A stretch of 60,900 nt of DNA from Actinomycetota bacterium (lineage in GTDB: Bacteria > Actinomycetota > Acidimicrobiia > Spongiisociales > UBA11373): contig JBDROA010000181.1 in the NCBI GenBank assembly GCA_043810615.1, positions 1 through 60,900 of the forward strand, written 5' to 3'. Positions 1 to 15,534 of this stretch are shown piece by piece. A program made the position numbers and the translations under genes. Under the pieces are notes generated by a model. That model saw only the letters and a program-made list of their open reading frames with translations, ran no database searches and was not told where the DNA came from. Each line of letters begins with the position of its first letter. Position 1 is the first letter of the stretch.

Positions 1-1
1 G

Positions 2-877
2 GTCCCGGCTCGCCTCATCAGCGAGGCGGTGCGGAAGCTGCCTCCCGGGGCGGTTGTTATCGAGGCCAGGGGAGGAGAGGTGGAGCTCACCGGCGGAGCG
101 CCGCGCTTCCGCTTCCGCGAGATGGCAGTGGCTGACTTCCCCACCGTGCCCGAGGCCGAACTCCAGGGAGGAGTGGAAGTCGCCGGAGAGGACCTCGTCC
201 AGGCACTGGGGCAGGTCATGGTGGCGGCTTCTCACGACGACGCTCGCCCGGTGCTCACCGGGGTGTACTTCGAGTCACATGAAGGAGCGCTGCGCCTCGT
301 GGCCACCGACTCGTACCGCCTGGCGCTGCGCGATGTGCCGGCAGTGCGCTCCACCATCTCGGCACTCATCCCGGCCCGGGCTTTGCGCGAGCTTCACCGC
401 ACCGTGGCTGCCAAGAAACTCCAGATGGCCGTCGGGAGCCGAGAGGCTTCCTTCGGATCGGAACGGGGCACACTGACCGTAAGGCTCATCGAGGGGACAT
501 TCCCCAACTATCGCCAGCTCCTGCCCGCCAGCTACCCGAGCCATCTCACGGTGGGCCGAGACAGTCTGCTCGAGGCCATCGGACGGGCTTCCCTGGTTGC
601 CGAGGATCACATCCCCATTCGGCTCCAGCTGCAGAGCGGCGGTGTCGAACTCAGCGTGACCCGCCAGGATGTGGGCGGAGAAACCGAGCACGTGACGGGC
701 GACTACGAGGGCGAGGACATGACCATCGCCTTCAACAGCCGCTACTTGAACGACGGCGTGGGGGCGGTCGAGGAGGATCAAGTGGTTCTCGACGTCATCG
801 ACCCGTTGAAACCGGGAGTGCTGCGCGGAGCGGAGAGCCGAGATTTCCTCTATCTGCTCATGCCCGTCCGCCTTTAG
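2..877 (+). CDS. dnaN: DNA polymerase III beta sliding clamp, C-terminal ~290 codons; 5' end lies off the window
   Basis: Frame of ORF 29..877 stays open back to base 2. Clamp-like C terminus (...DFLYLLMPVRL). Lies directly upstream of recF in the canonical dnaN-recF-gyrB-gyrA order. Confidence 0.9.
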   Translation, partial: VPARLISEAVRKLPPGAVVIEARGGEVELTGGAPRFRFREMAVADFPTVPEAELQGGVEVAGEDLVQALGQVMVAASHDDARPVLTGVYFESHEGALRLVATDSYRLALRDVPAVRSTISALIPARALRELHRTVAAKKLQMAVGSREASFGSERGTLTVRLIEGTFPNYRQLLPASYPSHLTVGRDSLLEAIGRASLVAEDHIPIRLQLQSGGVELSVTRQDVGGETEHVTGDYEGEDMTIAFNSRYLNDGVGAVEEDQVVLDVIDPLKPGVLRGAESRDFLYLLMPVRL

Positions 878-883
878 GCGGCC

Positions 884-4367
<3,484 letters not shown>

Positions 4368-4371
4368 CCCC

Positions 4372-6816
<2,445 letters not shown>

Positions 6817-6908
6817 CCGGGGCGTCCCGCTCCGCTCCGGGACCGGGGGGCAAAGCTACTGGTGAAGGGGGCCCACCGGTACACTGCCGAGCGTCGCCGA
6901 ATAGCCAG

Positions 6909-7487
6909 GTGCGCATGCCGGTGCAGCGAGTCCGGCGGGTGATCCGCAAGATCGACCCGTGGACCGTCCTCAAGGTGTCCCTCGTCTTCAACGCCATCAT
7001 GGCGTTGGTGACGGTGCTGGGCCTGGTGGTCTTCTGGTCGGTGTTCGTCAACGCCGGCATCCCCGACCGCGTCAACGACCTGGCCCTCACCATAGGCATC
7101 GAGAACGGGATCGCCTTCGATGGGGCGGTCTACTTCCGCATCATGGTGCTGCTGGGCCTCGTGGGCACCATCCTGATGACCGGCCTCTTCACTCTGGGGG
7201 CGGTGGTCTACAACCTGATCTCCGACCTGGTGGGCGGGGTGGAGTTCGTGGTGCTCGCGGAGACCAGTTCCTCCGTGCCGGCCTCGCGGCGGGTGCACCT
7301 GCCGGTGACGGTGGCCCCGGCGGGCGAGGCCACGGGTCGCGGCGTGCGGTCTCTGCCCAAGGTGGCCCCACTGGTGCCCCCCCTAGCGCCCGGCGACGGG
7401 GAGGCCACCCGGGTGCCCGGCGGCCCGGCGGCCCCGCGTGTGCCCCTCCCGGGGGCCGGCGAGGCCACTCGCCAGACCGGCACCTGA
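6909..7487 (+). CDS. DUF3566-type membrane protein (Rv0007-like)
   Basis: KIDPWTVLKVSLVFNA... followed by hydrophobic helices. Located immediately after gyrA, as in other Actinobacteria. The C-terminal tail carries three G(D/A)GEATR-like repeats. Confidence 0.8.
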   Translation: MRMPVQRVRRVIRKIDPWTVLKVSLVFNAIMALVTVLGLVVFWSVFVNAGIPDRVNDLALTIGIENGIAFDGAVYFRIMVLLGLVGTILMTGLFTLGAVVYNLISDLVGGVEFVVLAETSSSVPASRRVHLPVTVAPAGEATGRGVRSLPKVAPLVPPLAPGDGEATRVPGGPAAPRVPLPGAGEATRQTGT

Positions 7488-7503
7488 GGGAACCGCTCTC
7501 GCG

Positions 7504-7529
7504 CGGGCGGGGCCGCGGCGTCCCGCCCG
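7504..7529. terminator. GC hairpin between convergent genes
   Basis: CGGGCGGG (7504-7511) and CCCGCCCG (7522-7529) form an 8-bp stem with a 10-nt loop. No clear T-tract. Confidence 0.35.
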
Positions 7530-7545
7530 AAGGGAAGGGCCCGGG

Positions 7546-8319
7546 TCAGTCGCGCCGGCCCACGCCGGCGACTTCCAGACCCACCCCGAGGCACGCGTCC
7601 AGGTAGGCGGCGGCCACCTCGCCGGGCCGGCAGGCTCCGGGCGGGGCCTCACCGCGGGTCAGCACCAGCGCTCCGGCAGCGAGAGCGATGGCTTCCAGGT
7701 GACGCCGGTCGTCGGCCACGGCCACCAGGCGCTCCTCACGCTTCCTGCCGGTGCCCACCGTCACCCGGGCCAGGGCGCCGGCCCAGGGCCCCTCGACCGG
7801 GACTTCGGCCCGGGTCGTAGTGGCCGCATCCCCCCCGTGCGGGGAGAGCCGGGTGCCCCAGCGCGCTCCGACCGGGTCGGGGAAGGGCACGGCCACCTCG
7901 CGCCGCTCCGGCTTCCCCTCCCGGGTCCAGGCCACTAGCAGTGCCCCGGGCGCGGCCGTTCGGCCGGAGGCCCGGTGCGCCAGAGCTTCGGCCAGGCCGG
8001 GCAGGGAGGCGGCCACGAGCAGGGAACGGCCGATGGCGGCGAAGCGCTCGGCCAGGGCGGGGTGGGGAGTGACGTCGGCGGCGAGCACGCACGACAGCCC
8101 GTCCTCGAGGGCGAGGGCGGCCAGGTCGAAGGGAGCAACGGTGTCGTCGCTCGCCAGCACGGCGAAGCCGGCCAGGTCGGTGATGGCCATGGCGCGCCGT
8201 TCCTCGGTGGCGGCGCTGCGGCGGCCGTAGACGCCCAGGGCTTCGAGGCCGGGCTCGGCCAGCAGGATGCGCCCGGCGCGATGGCCGGTCTCGCCGGTGG
8301 GGTGCAGAGCGAGGCGCAC
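7546..8319 (-). CDS. hypothetical protein
   Basis: 257-aa ORF with non-repetitive composition. No motif I can name. Confidence 0.5.
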   Translation of the reverse strand: MRLALHPTGETGHRAGRILLAEPGLEALGVYGRRSAATEERRAMAITDLAGFAVLASDDTVAPFDLAALALEDGLSCVLAADVTPHPALAERFAAIGRSLLVAASLPGLAEALAHRASGRTAAPGALLVAWTREGKPERREVAVPFPDPVGARWGTRLSPHGGDAATTTRAEVPVEGPWAGALARVTVGTGRKREERLVAVADDRRHLEAIALAAGALVLTRGEAPPGACRPGEVAAAYLDACLGVGLEVAGVGRRD

Positions 8320-8584
8320 GGCGCGGGTCAGCCCTCCAGCGGCTGCCAGGTGCCGGGGGCGGGGGCGGGACGGCGGCGCCGGCGGGTGGCGAGAGCCGCG
8401 GCCAGGGCCAAAGCCACCAGGGCGCCGCCTGCCAGGGCCCGGCGGAGGTCGGCGGTCACAGCAGCAGTGTAGAGAGGGGTGCTACCGGGCGGGGACGACA
8501 TGCGACGACCGGCGCGGGTGTCGGGAGCGCTGGCGGGCCGTGCCGGGGCCCAGAGACGCCGCTAGCATGCGGCCGTCCGGCATG

Positions 8585-8765
8585 AGGCCGGGTGACTCGG
8601 CGGCTCCCAAGCGAGGGACGCAAGAGCGAAGTCCGGTTCGACTCCGGCGCTGTTCCCGCAACTGTGAAGCCCCGAGGTGGGACGAGTCAGGTCGCCTGCC
8701 GCCGGGTCGGATGTGGACGCTCTCGGAGGAAGGGTGACCTGCCGGCCGCGGCCCCAAGCCCCTCC
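8585..8765 (+). promoter_or_regulatory. cobalamin (B12) riboswitch
   Basis: Conserved core ...GGGA...TCCGGTTCGACTCCGGCGCTGTTCCCGCAACTGTGA (8631-8667). B12-box-like GAGTCAGGTCGCCTGCCG (8683-8701). Sits directly upstream of a BtuF-like binding-protein gene. Ends are approximate. Confidence 0.8.
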
Positions 8766-8789
8766 TCCCCGATCGATGGGGAGGCGCGC

Positions 8790-9719
8790 GTGAAGCGAGT
8801 TCGTACCGCGCCCTGGGTGGCGCTCGTCCTGTCGATGCTGGTGCTGGCTGCAGCCTGCGGTGGTGACTCCGGGGGCGCCGTTATCACGGCGGCACCGGGC
8901 GGGGGTTTCCCCGTCGAGGTTGCCGGCACCCTGATCCCGGCGGCGCCGCAGCGCATCGTGTCGGCCTCGGCCTCGCACACCGAGATCCTCTACGCCCTGG
9001 GGGCGGGGGAGCGGGTGGTGGCCACCGACCAGTTCTCCAACTTCCCCCCCGAGGCGGACGCCACCCCCAAGCTGGATGCCTTCAACCTGGGGGTGGAGGC
9101 GGTGGCGGCCCTGGGCCCCGACCTGGTGGTGCTCTCCTACGACCCGGGCGACCTGTGCGCCGGCCTGGCCGCTCTGGGCATCCCCACCCTGCTCTTCGCC
9201 CCGCCACTGACCCTGGAGGACGCCTACGGGCAGATGAGGTCCCTGGGCGCGGCCACCGGACTGGAGGCCGAGGCGGCAGTGCTGGTGGCCGCGGTCGGCG
9301 CCGATGTGGAACGCCTCGTCTCCACCGTGGCCGATGGAGGCAGCCCCCTCACCTACTACTACGAACTGGACCCCACGCTCTACAGCCTCACCTCGGGGAC
9401 CTTCGTGGGCGGCCTCTTCGCTCTCCTGGGCATGGAGAACATCGCCGACCGGGCCGACGGCGCCGGCACCGGCTATCCGCAACTCAGCGCGGAGTTCATC
9501 CTGGCCGCCGACCCGGACCTCATCTTCCTGGCCGATACGAAGTGCTGCGGCCAGTCGGCGGCGACGGTGGCGGCCCGCCCCGGTTGGGCCGGTTTGCAGG
9601 CCGTGGCCGGAGGGAGGGTGGTGGCTCTCGACGACGACGTCGCCTCGCGCTGGGGGCCGCGCCTGGTTGATCTGCTGACCGTGGTGGCCGGCGCCGTGTC
9701 GGCCGGGGGCGTCGGATGA
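8790..9719 (+). CDS. ABC transporter periplasmic binding lipoprotein, cobalamin/iron-siderophore (BtuF/FecB-like) family
   Basis: GTG 8790. Lipobox signal VLSMLVLAAAC. ...RIVSASASHTEILYALGAGERVVATD... is typical of the family. The upstream part of ORF 8592.. covers the riboswitch. Confidence 0.85.
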   Translation: MKRVRTAPWVALVLSMLVLAAACGGDSGGAVITAAPGGGFPVEVAGTLIPAAPQRIVSASASHTEILYALGAGERVVATDQFSNFPPEADATPKLDAFNLGVEAVAALGPDLVVLSYDPGDLCAGLAALGIPTLLFAPPLTLEDAYGQMRSLGAATGLEAEAAVLVAAVGADVERLVSTVADGGSPLTYYYELDPTLYSLTSGTFVGGLFALLGMENIADRADGAGTGYPQLSAEFILAADPDLIFLADTKCCGQSAATVAARPGWAGLQAVAGGRVVALDDDVASRWGPRLVDLLTVVAGAVSAGGVG

Positions 9720-10756
9720 CCCGCGGCCGCCCACTGCGGCGCCTCTCGCCGCTTGCGGTGGGAGTGGCCCTGATGCTGCTCCTGGGAGCGCTGGTGGCCG
9801 GACTGCTGGTAGGGGCGGTGGGACTGGCCCCCGGGGCGGTGCTGGCCGAGGTGGCCGACCGCCTCCCGTTCGTCTCGATCGATTCGGGGTTGGGGGAGCG
9901 GGAGGCGGCCATCGTCTGGGAACTGCGCCTGCCGCGCGTGGTGCTCGCCGCGCTGGTCGGGGCCACGCTGGCGGCGGCGGGGGCCGCCTATCAGGGGGTG
10001 TTCCGCAACCCACTGGCCGACCCTTACCTGCTCGGGGTGGCCGCCGGGGCCGGCCTGGGGGCCACGGCGGCCATCGTCACTGCGGGGGCCGCCTCCGCTC
10101 TTCTGCCGGCAGCAGCGTTCGCCGGGGCGGTGGCCGCCGTGCTCCTCACCTACGCCCTGGGAGGCGCCACCGGCGGCGGCCGGGCGGGGACCACCCTGGT
10201 GCTGGCCGGCGTAGCCGTAGCCGCCTTCTTCACCGCGGTCCAGACCTTCGTGCAGCAACGCCATGCCGACACGGTGCGCGAGGTGTACTCGTGGATCCTG
10301 GGCCGGCTGAGCACGGTGGGGTGGTCCGAGGTGGGCCTCCTGGCCCCCTACGCCGCGGTGTCGCTCGTGCTGCTGCTGCTGCACCGTCGCCTCCTCGACG
10401 TGCTGGCAGTGGGGGAGGAGGAGGCGGAAACGCTGGGGGTGAGCACCGCCCGGGTCCGCCTGGTGGTGGTGGCCGCAGCCACCCTGGGCACGGCAGCGGC
10501 GGTGGCGGTCAGCGGGTTGATCGGCTTCGTGGGCATCGTGGTGCCCCACGCCGTGCGCCTCCTGGCGGGGAGCAGCTACCGGGTGATCCTGCCGCTGTCG
10601 GTCCTGGGAGGGGCGGCCTTCCTGGTGCTGGCCGACCTGGGGGCGCGCACTCTGGTCTCCCCGGCCGAGGTGCCCCTCGGGGTGATCACCGCCTTCGTCG
10701 GTGCTCCCTTCTTCGCCGTCGTGCTGCGCTCCAGCCGCCGGGGGTGGGGGCCGTGA
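9716..10756 (+). CDS. FecCD/BtuC-family ABC permease
   Basis: 346 aa, multi-pass hydrophobic protein. ATGA overlap with the binding-protein gene. ...RLPRVVLAALVGATLAAAGAAYQGVFRNPLADPYLLGV... Confidence 0.9.
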   Translation: MTRGRPLRRLSPLAVGVALMLLLGALVAGLLVGAVGLAPGAVLAEVADRLPFVSIDSGLGEREAAIVWELRLPRVVLAALVGATLAAAGAAYQGVFRNPLADPYLLGVAAGAGLGATAAIVTAGAASALLPAAAFAGAVAAVLLTYALGGATGGGRAGTTLVLAGVAVAAFFTAVQTFVQQRHADTVREVYSWILGRLSTVGWSEVGLLAPYAAVSLVLLLLHRRLLDVLAVGEEEAETLGVSTARVRLVVVAAATLGTAAAVAVSGLIGFVGIVVPHAVRLLAGSSYRVILPLSVLGGAAFLVLADLGARTLVSPAEVPLGVITAFVGAPFFAVVLRSSRRGWGP

Positions 10757-11547
10757 GCGGCATCACCGCCCACGGGGTCGGGGTGCGCTACGACGGCCGG
10801 GTAGCGCTCGAGGGGGTGGACCTCGCCGTGGCGGCCGGGGAGTGGGTGGCACTGGTGGGTCCCAACGGGGCGGGCAAGACGTCTCTGCTGCGGGCCCGGG
10901 CCGGGACCGTGCCGTCGGCCGGCACGGTGGCGGTGGGAGGGCGGCCCCGCCGTGGCACGCCGCGGCGGCGCTGGGCCCGCCTGGTGGCGGCGGTGGCGCA
11001 GCATCCGGTGCTCCCCGCCGCGATGACCGCCGCCGAGTACGTACTGCTCGGACGCACCCCGCACCTGGGCTACCTGGCGGCGGAAGGCCCCGCCGACGTG
11101 GCCGCCGCGCTGGCCGCCCTGGAGCGCCTCGATGCCGGCGCCCTGGCCTCCCGGCCGCTCGGCAGCCTGTCGGGGGGGGAACGCCAGCGGGTAGTGCTGG
11201 CCCGGGCCCTGGCCCAGGACCCCGAGGTGCTGCTGCTCGACGAGCCGACGGCCTCCTTGGACATCGGCCACCAGCAGCAGGTGCTCGACCTGGTCGAGGG
11301 CCTGCGGCGGGAGCGAGGCATCGCCGTGGTGACGGCTCTACACGACCTCACTCTGGCGGCCCAGTACGCCGACCGGCTCGTCCTGCTCGACGGGGGGCGG
11401 GTGGTGGCCGACGGGGAGGCCGCCGCCGTGCTGACCCTCGAGACACTGGCGCGCTTCTCCGGGGCGCGGGTCGCCCTGCTGCGGGGGCCCGACGACGAGA
11501 TCGTGGTGGCCCCGCGGCGGTGGGCGGGCGATCCCGGCGGCGGTTGA
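10753..11547 (+). CDS. ABC transporter ATP-binding protein (BtuD/FecE-like)
   Basis: GTG 10753 overlaps the permease stop. Walker A GPNGAGKTS, signature LSGGERQR, Walker B LLLDEPT. Confidence 0.9.
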   Translation: MSGITAHGVGVRYDGRVALEGVDLAVAAGEWVALVGPNGAGKTSLLRARAGTVPSAGTVAVGGRPRRGTPRRRWARLVAAVAQHPVLPAAMTAAEYVLLGRTPHLGYLAAEGPADVAAALAALERLDAGALASRPLGSLSGGERQRVVLARALAQDPEVLLLDEPTASLDIGHQQQVLDLVEGLRRERGIAVVTALHDLTLAAQYADRLVLLDGGRVVADGEAAAVLTLETLARFSGARVALLRGPDDEIVVAPRRWAGDPGGG

Positions 11548-11568
11548 GCCCCGGATCCCTGCCCCGCA

Positions 11569-11997
11569 GTGCCTTGGTTGCGGCACAGTGGAAACGACGT
11601 GCGACGGCATCCGGCGGCGGCCGGCACCTGCGGGATCGGGCTCCTGGCCCTGGCGGCCCTGACGGCCGGCTGCGGCGGGCGGGCGGACGCCGGCGGCGTC
11701 GCCACCCTGGAAGGGACTGCGAACACCCCCACGGTGGCGGAACGGGCGGAAGGGAGCGAAGTGGACCTGGAGGAGGCCCTTCTCGCCTTCGCGGCCTGCA
11801 TGCGGGAGCACGGGTTAGACCTCCCCGACCCCGACTTCACGGTGGACGGCGTGGCGGGCATGGGCCGGGGCGGGCCGTTCCCCGGCATTGGCCTGGAGGT
11901 GTTCCAGGACCCCGCCTTCCAGGAGGCCAACGAGGCGTGCCGGGGCGTCTTCGCCGGCCTGCTTCCCCAGGGCGAGGACCCGCCGGGCGGGGGCTGA
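11569..11997 (+). CDS. small secreted lipoprotein, unknown function
   Basis: Lipobox LAALTAGC, then LLAFAACMREHGLDLPDPDF and EANEACRGVF. The start could be GTG 11599. Confidence 0.6.
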   Translation: MPWLRHSGNDVRRHPAAAGTCGIGLLALAALTAGCGGRADAGGVATLEGTANTPTVAERAEGSEVDLEEALLAFAACMREHGLDLPDPDFTVDGVAGMGRGGPFPGIGLEVFQDPAFQEANEACRGVFAGLLPQGEDPPGGG

Positions 11998-12071
11998 GCG
12001 CCGTCCCGGCCGGCCGGACCAACTGCGCCGGCCCCGCCGGGGCCCGACGCCTGCCCGCTAGCCTCCCCACG

Positions 12072-12989
12072 GTGGGTGGAGGCAGGAGGGTTGTCGTCTT
12101 CTTAGCCGTGGTGGTGGCCACCCTGGCGGCGGGACCGCGCCCGGCTGCGGCCGCCTCCCCGGAGTCGCGCCTCGAACGGGTGACGGCTGCCCTGGAGCGG
12201 GAGACCGATCGCCTGCAGCGCCTCGGCGCGGGCCCCCGGGTGGGTGGGGCCGATTGGGCGGTGGACGTCCAGGCGTACCTCACCGTCGTGGAAGTTCGGG
12301 TGTGGCGCTGGCGGGCGGCGGCCTCCGAGGCCCTGGGGAGCCAACTCGGGGCCACCGTCTCGACCGAGGTGCAGGCATCCGCCGGCCCGTTCTGTCCGAT
12401 CCCCGCCCTGGGCCTGGTGGCGAACGACGCCGCCGAGGTCGTCCGCCTGCGGCCGGTGCTGGCCGACTGGGCGGCCTACCGGCGTGCCCTGGGGCGGGTG
12501 CTGGGCCTGCTGGAGGCGCTGCGGGCCTCCTCCGCCCCCGGCATCGCCGGCCTGCTGCCCCCGGGCCGGGTCTGTCCGGTCGCCGGACCGCTCCGCTTCG
12601 AGCCCACCTGGGGGGAGGAGCGGCCCTGGGGGCGCGCCCACAAGGGCGAGGACCTCCACGCCGAGCGCGGCACGCCCCTGGTTGCCATCGAGAGCGGGAC
12701 CATCGTGCAGTCGGGATGGCACTGGTCCGGGGGCTTCGGGGTCTACCTCGACGGCTACTACAGCGGGGACGTCTACTACTACGCCCACATGACCTGGACC
12801 GCTCCCGGGATCCGCCCCGGGGCGGTGGTCGAGGTGGGGGACCTGCTCGGTTGGGTGGGGTCCACGGGCAACGCCGACTCCCCCCACCTGCACCTGGGGT
12901 GGATCCCCGACAACCCGGGCCGGTGGGTGGACCTGGAGGGCCTGGCCGACCCCTACCCGCTGCTCGCCGGCCTCTGCGGCTCGGGCTAG
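12072..12989 (+). CDS. M23-family metallopeptidase with N-terminal signal/coiled region
   Basis: GTG 12072. HKGEDLHAERGTPLVAIESGTIV... and GSTGNADSPHLHLG (HxxxD / HxH M23 motifs). The upstream 450 codons of ORF 10701.. are shadow frame over other genes. Confidence 0.85.
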   Translation: MGGGRRVVVFLAVVVATLAAGPRPAAAASPESRLERVTAALERETDRLQRLGAGPRVGGADWAVDVQAYLTVVEVRVWRWRAAASEALGSQLGATVSTEVQASAGPFCPIPALGLVANDAAEVVRLRPVLADWAAYRRALGRVLGLLEALRASSAPGIAGLLPPGRVCPVAGPLRFEPTWGEERPWGRAHKGEDLHAERGTPLVAIESGTIVQSGWHWSGGFGVYLDGYYSGDVYYYAHMTWTAPGIRPGAVVEVGDLLGWVGSTGNADSPHLHLGWIPDNPGRWVDLEGLADPYPLLAGLCGSG

Positions 12990-13774
12990 AACCCGAGGGC
13001 GGCGCGCAACCCTGCGGGCATGTCGGCCGTGTGGACGGCCCGGAGCGGGGTGATGGCGATGCACCCCTCGGCCGACGCCTGCACGTCCGTGCCCTCGGGC
13101 GGGGAGAAGTGGTTCAGGTACCCACGGTAGTCGTGGCGGTACTCGCCGTCGGCGACCCGGCTGAAGAGGCGGTCGTAGCCCACGTCGGCCACCCGGGTGA
13201 GGCGGCGGGGGGTGTCCGCGTCGGCGTCGTCGGGTAGGGTCACGTTCAGCACCACTCCCTGCGGGGCCCCGGCCAGCACCGGGGCGGCGATGGCGGCGGC
13301 CACCGCGGAGAGCCGCTCCCACATGGCGGTCGACTCGGGGCGCAGGGACCACACCCGCCACTCCGTCCAGGGCCGGCTCCGGCTCTGGGTGGAGAAGGCC
13401 ACGGCGTCCACGCCCCCGATGGCGGCCTCCAGGGCGGCCCCGACGGTGCCGCTCGACTGGATGTAGGCCGAGCCGTGGTTGTACCCGGCGTTGATGCCCG
13501 AGACCACCAGCCGGGGCGGGTCGTCGAACAGGGCGTGGAGGCCCAGTTGGACGCAGTCGGCGGGATAGCCGCCGACTGCGTGCACCTCGATGCCGTCGCG
13601 CTCCACGACGCGCACCCGGACGGGCTCGAAGCGGGTAATGGCCTTGCCCACCCAGGAGCGCTCACCGTCGGGGGCCACCACGCGGATCGGGCCCAGGGTG
13701 GCGATGGCCCGGGCCAGGGCCGGCAGGGAGGGGACGTCGATGCCGTCGTCGTTGGTGACCAGGATCCAATCCAC
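12986..13774 (-). CDS. surE: 5'/3'-nucleotidase SurE
   Basis: VDWILVTNDDGIDVPSL... and SGINAGYNHGSAYIQSSGTVGAALEA. The N-terminal 208 codons of ORF 12986..14401 are Arg-rich shadow frame overlapping the next gene. Confidence 0.85.
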   Translation of the reverse strand: MDWILVTNDDGIDVPSLPALARAIATLGPIRVVAPDGERSWVGKAITRFEPVRVRVVERDGIEVHAVGGYPADCVQLGLHALFDDPPRLVVSGINAGYNHGSAYIQSSGTVGAALEAAIGGVDAVAFSTQSRSRPWTEWRVWSLRPESTAMWERLSAVAAAIAAPVLAGAPQGVVLNVTLPDDADADTPRRLTRVADVGYDRLFSRVADGEYRHDYRGYLNHFSPPEGTDVQASAEGCIAITPLRAVHTADMPAGLRAALGF

Positions 13775-13923
13775 GGGGAGGACGATAGGCGGGCTACGGC
13801 GCCACTCCGGCGGGGCGGAGCGCGGGAGTCGGCGTTCGGTGTGAGGTGTGCGCCTGGTACCGATGACATCGCCCCCCGGTGGGATCTCGCCGGGGGGCGA
13901 TGGAGAGGGAGCGAGAGGTCGCT

Positions 13924-14763
13924 CTAGGGCAGGGTGGGGAAACCGCCGGGCGGTTCGGGGAGTTCGTCGGGGGGCCCGGCGGGGGTGCTGACGGGTGGGG
14001 CGGGCAGGTCGTCGGGCGGTCCGGGCAGGTCGTCGGGCGAGCCCAACCCTGTGGAGAGCTCCTGGGCCTGTGCCGCCACGGCGAGGCCGAAGTCCGTGCC
14101 CGTCAGTTCTGTGGTGCTCATCCAGAGGAGCATCTCGGCGACGGCCTGGCGGACCTCGTCGGCGTCTCCCTCGTCGTTGCTCAAGACGGCTTCGGCGGCG
14201 GCCAGGAGAGCGTCGGCGGCCCCGGTGCCTTCGCTCTCGGTGGCGAGAGCGTCGGCGGCGTGCTCCAGGGCGGCGGCGGGGCGCCCCGCGCCGGCGAGAG
14301 CCAGGGCCTCGTCGAGGCGCTCGGGGAGGCCGCCGGCACCGATGCCTACCCGTTCCGCGGCTCGGTCGATGCCGTAGAGGGCGTTGCCGGGGGCAGACCA
14401 ATCAGAAGCCACGGCCACTCCGGCCATCGTGAAGAACAGCAGCAGGGTGGTCAGCCCGGCAGCGATCCTACGCTTCGTCCACATGGGTTGTCTCCTCAGG
14501 GTCGGGCGAGTGGCGACTGCCCCGACCGGTGCAGCGAGGGGGGGGGCGGTGGAGCGAACGATCTCGGCGGCGTGGGTTACCATGTCGGCCGCGTGCGCCG
14601 CGGAGGGGCGGTGGTCGCCCAGGTCCCGCAGCCTCTCGAAGAGGGGTTCCAGCCGCGCGAGTTCCTCACTCTGCGGGGTCTCCCCGCAGAGGAAGTGTTC
14701 GATATCCTGGTCGGAGGGTTCGTTGTCGGCCATGTCGCCCCCGTAATCGCACGAAGTGCTCAA
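13924..14763 (-). CDS. putative anti-sigma factor, single-pass membrane protein with Pro-rich C terminus
   Basis: Immediately downstream of the ECF sigma gene. Cytoplasmic N-terminal segment, one TM helix (IAAGLTTLLLFFTMAGVAVA), extracytoplasmic domain. The start may be ATG 14733. Confidence 0.6.
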   Translation of the reverse strand: MSTSCDYGGDMADNEPSDQDIEHFLCGETPQSEELARLEPLFERLRDLGDHRPSAAHAADMVTHAAEIVRSTAPPLAAPVGAVATRPTLRRQPMWTKRRIAAGLTTLLLFFTMAGVAVASDWSAPGNALYGIDRAAERVGIGAGGLPERLDEALALAGAGRPAAALEHAADALATESEGTGAADALLAAAEAVLSNDEGDADEVRQAVAEMLLWMSTTELTGTDFGLAVAAQAQELSTGLGSPDDLPGPPDDLPAPPVSTPAGPPDELPEPPGGFPTLP

Positions 14764-15311
14764 AGGGTTACTCCCCCCAGGACGACGATCCTCTGCAAGG
14801 CACGCACGGCCCGTCGCTGCAAGGCCTTGACTGCGCCGACGCGCTTGCCAACGACCCGGGCCGTCTCTTCGAGGGTGAGGCCGGCGACGATGCGTAGCGA
14901 CAGTACATCGCGCTGGTCGTCGGTCAGCAGCGCCAGGGCGGACTGGATCTCCCCGGTTACGAGGGCGTCGATAGCCTCCTGCTCGGCATCGCCGCCGGCG
15001 CGGGAGGCGGCTGCGGTCCAGGTGGTCGTCTCGGGCCGGCGGGAGCGGCGGCGCCGCAGGTCGATGAGGCGGCGGTGGGCGATCACGAACACCCAGGATC
15101 GGAAGGCAGCCTCGTCACCTTCGAAGCGGCGCAGGGAGCGAGCCACCTGGTAGAAGACCTCTGCAGCGGCGTCGTCGGGATCGGGGGCGCCGCGGGAGGC
15201 GAGGTACCCGGTGAGCGGGCCGACCAGATCGCGGTACAGCGCGGACCAGGCCCACTCGGCGCCCTCTTTGGCGGCGGCGAGGGTGGTGGCGAAGCCTTCG
15301 CCTATCGGCAT
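14760..15311 (-). CDS. ECF-type RNA polymerase sigma-70 family factor
   Basis: Region 2 (FRSWVFVIAHRRLIDLRR) and region 4 HTH (LSLRIVAGLTLEETARVVGKRVGAVKALQRRA). ATG 15311 preferred over ORF-track start 15392. Confidence 0.85.
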   Translation of the reverse strand: MPIGEGFATTLAAAKEGAEWAWSALYRDLVGPLTGYLASRGAPDPDDAAAEVFYQVARSLRRFEGDEAAFRSWVFVIAHRRLIDLRRRRSRRPETTTWTAAASRAGGDAEQEAIDALVTGEIQSALALLTDDQRDVLSLRIVAGLTLEETARVVGKRVGAVKALQRRAVRALQRIVVLGGVTL

Positions 15312-15534
15312 GACGTCGACGGTGCTCCGGGGTCGGGGTGCTTCACCAAACCAGTAGCCGGCATCGGCACCGCAGCATCGCGATCCGAGCACAGCCGCGG
15401 TCCAACTCGCAGGGTGCGCATCAGGATGAGGACCTTAGCGGCGCGGTTTGGTCGGGCCCGGCTCGCCGGCCGGGTCGGGAACCCCGAACCGGCCGCGGGC
15501 TGTCATAGAGTGGACGAGTCCCCCTGGAGGAGCC

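Noticed and set aside
8328-8459. 43-codon minus-strand ORF (VTADLRRALAGGALVALALAAALATRRRRRPAP...) upstream of the 7546..8319 gene
   Set aside because: It has one hydrophobic helix and a 4-nt-type junction with the next gene. It is too short and too alanine-rich to support without expression or conservation data.
11998-12071. Cyclic-di-AMP (ydaO-type) riboswitch upstream of the M23 peptidase
   Set aside because: The spacer is only 74 nt and shows none of the pseudo-symmetric conserved segments.
10701-12989. 762-aa ORF as one giant protein
   Set aside because: Only the last ~305 codons (M23 peptidase with its own signal and GTG start) look like protein. The first ~450 are Arg/Gly/Pro read-through overlapping the ABC ATPase and a lipoprotein gene in other frames.
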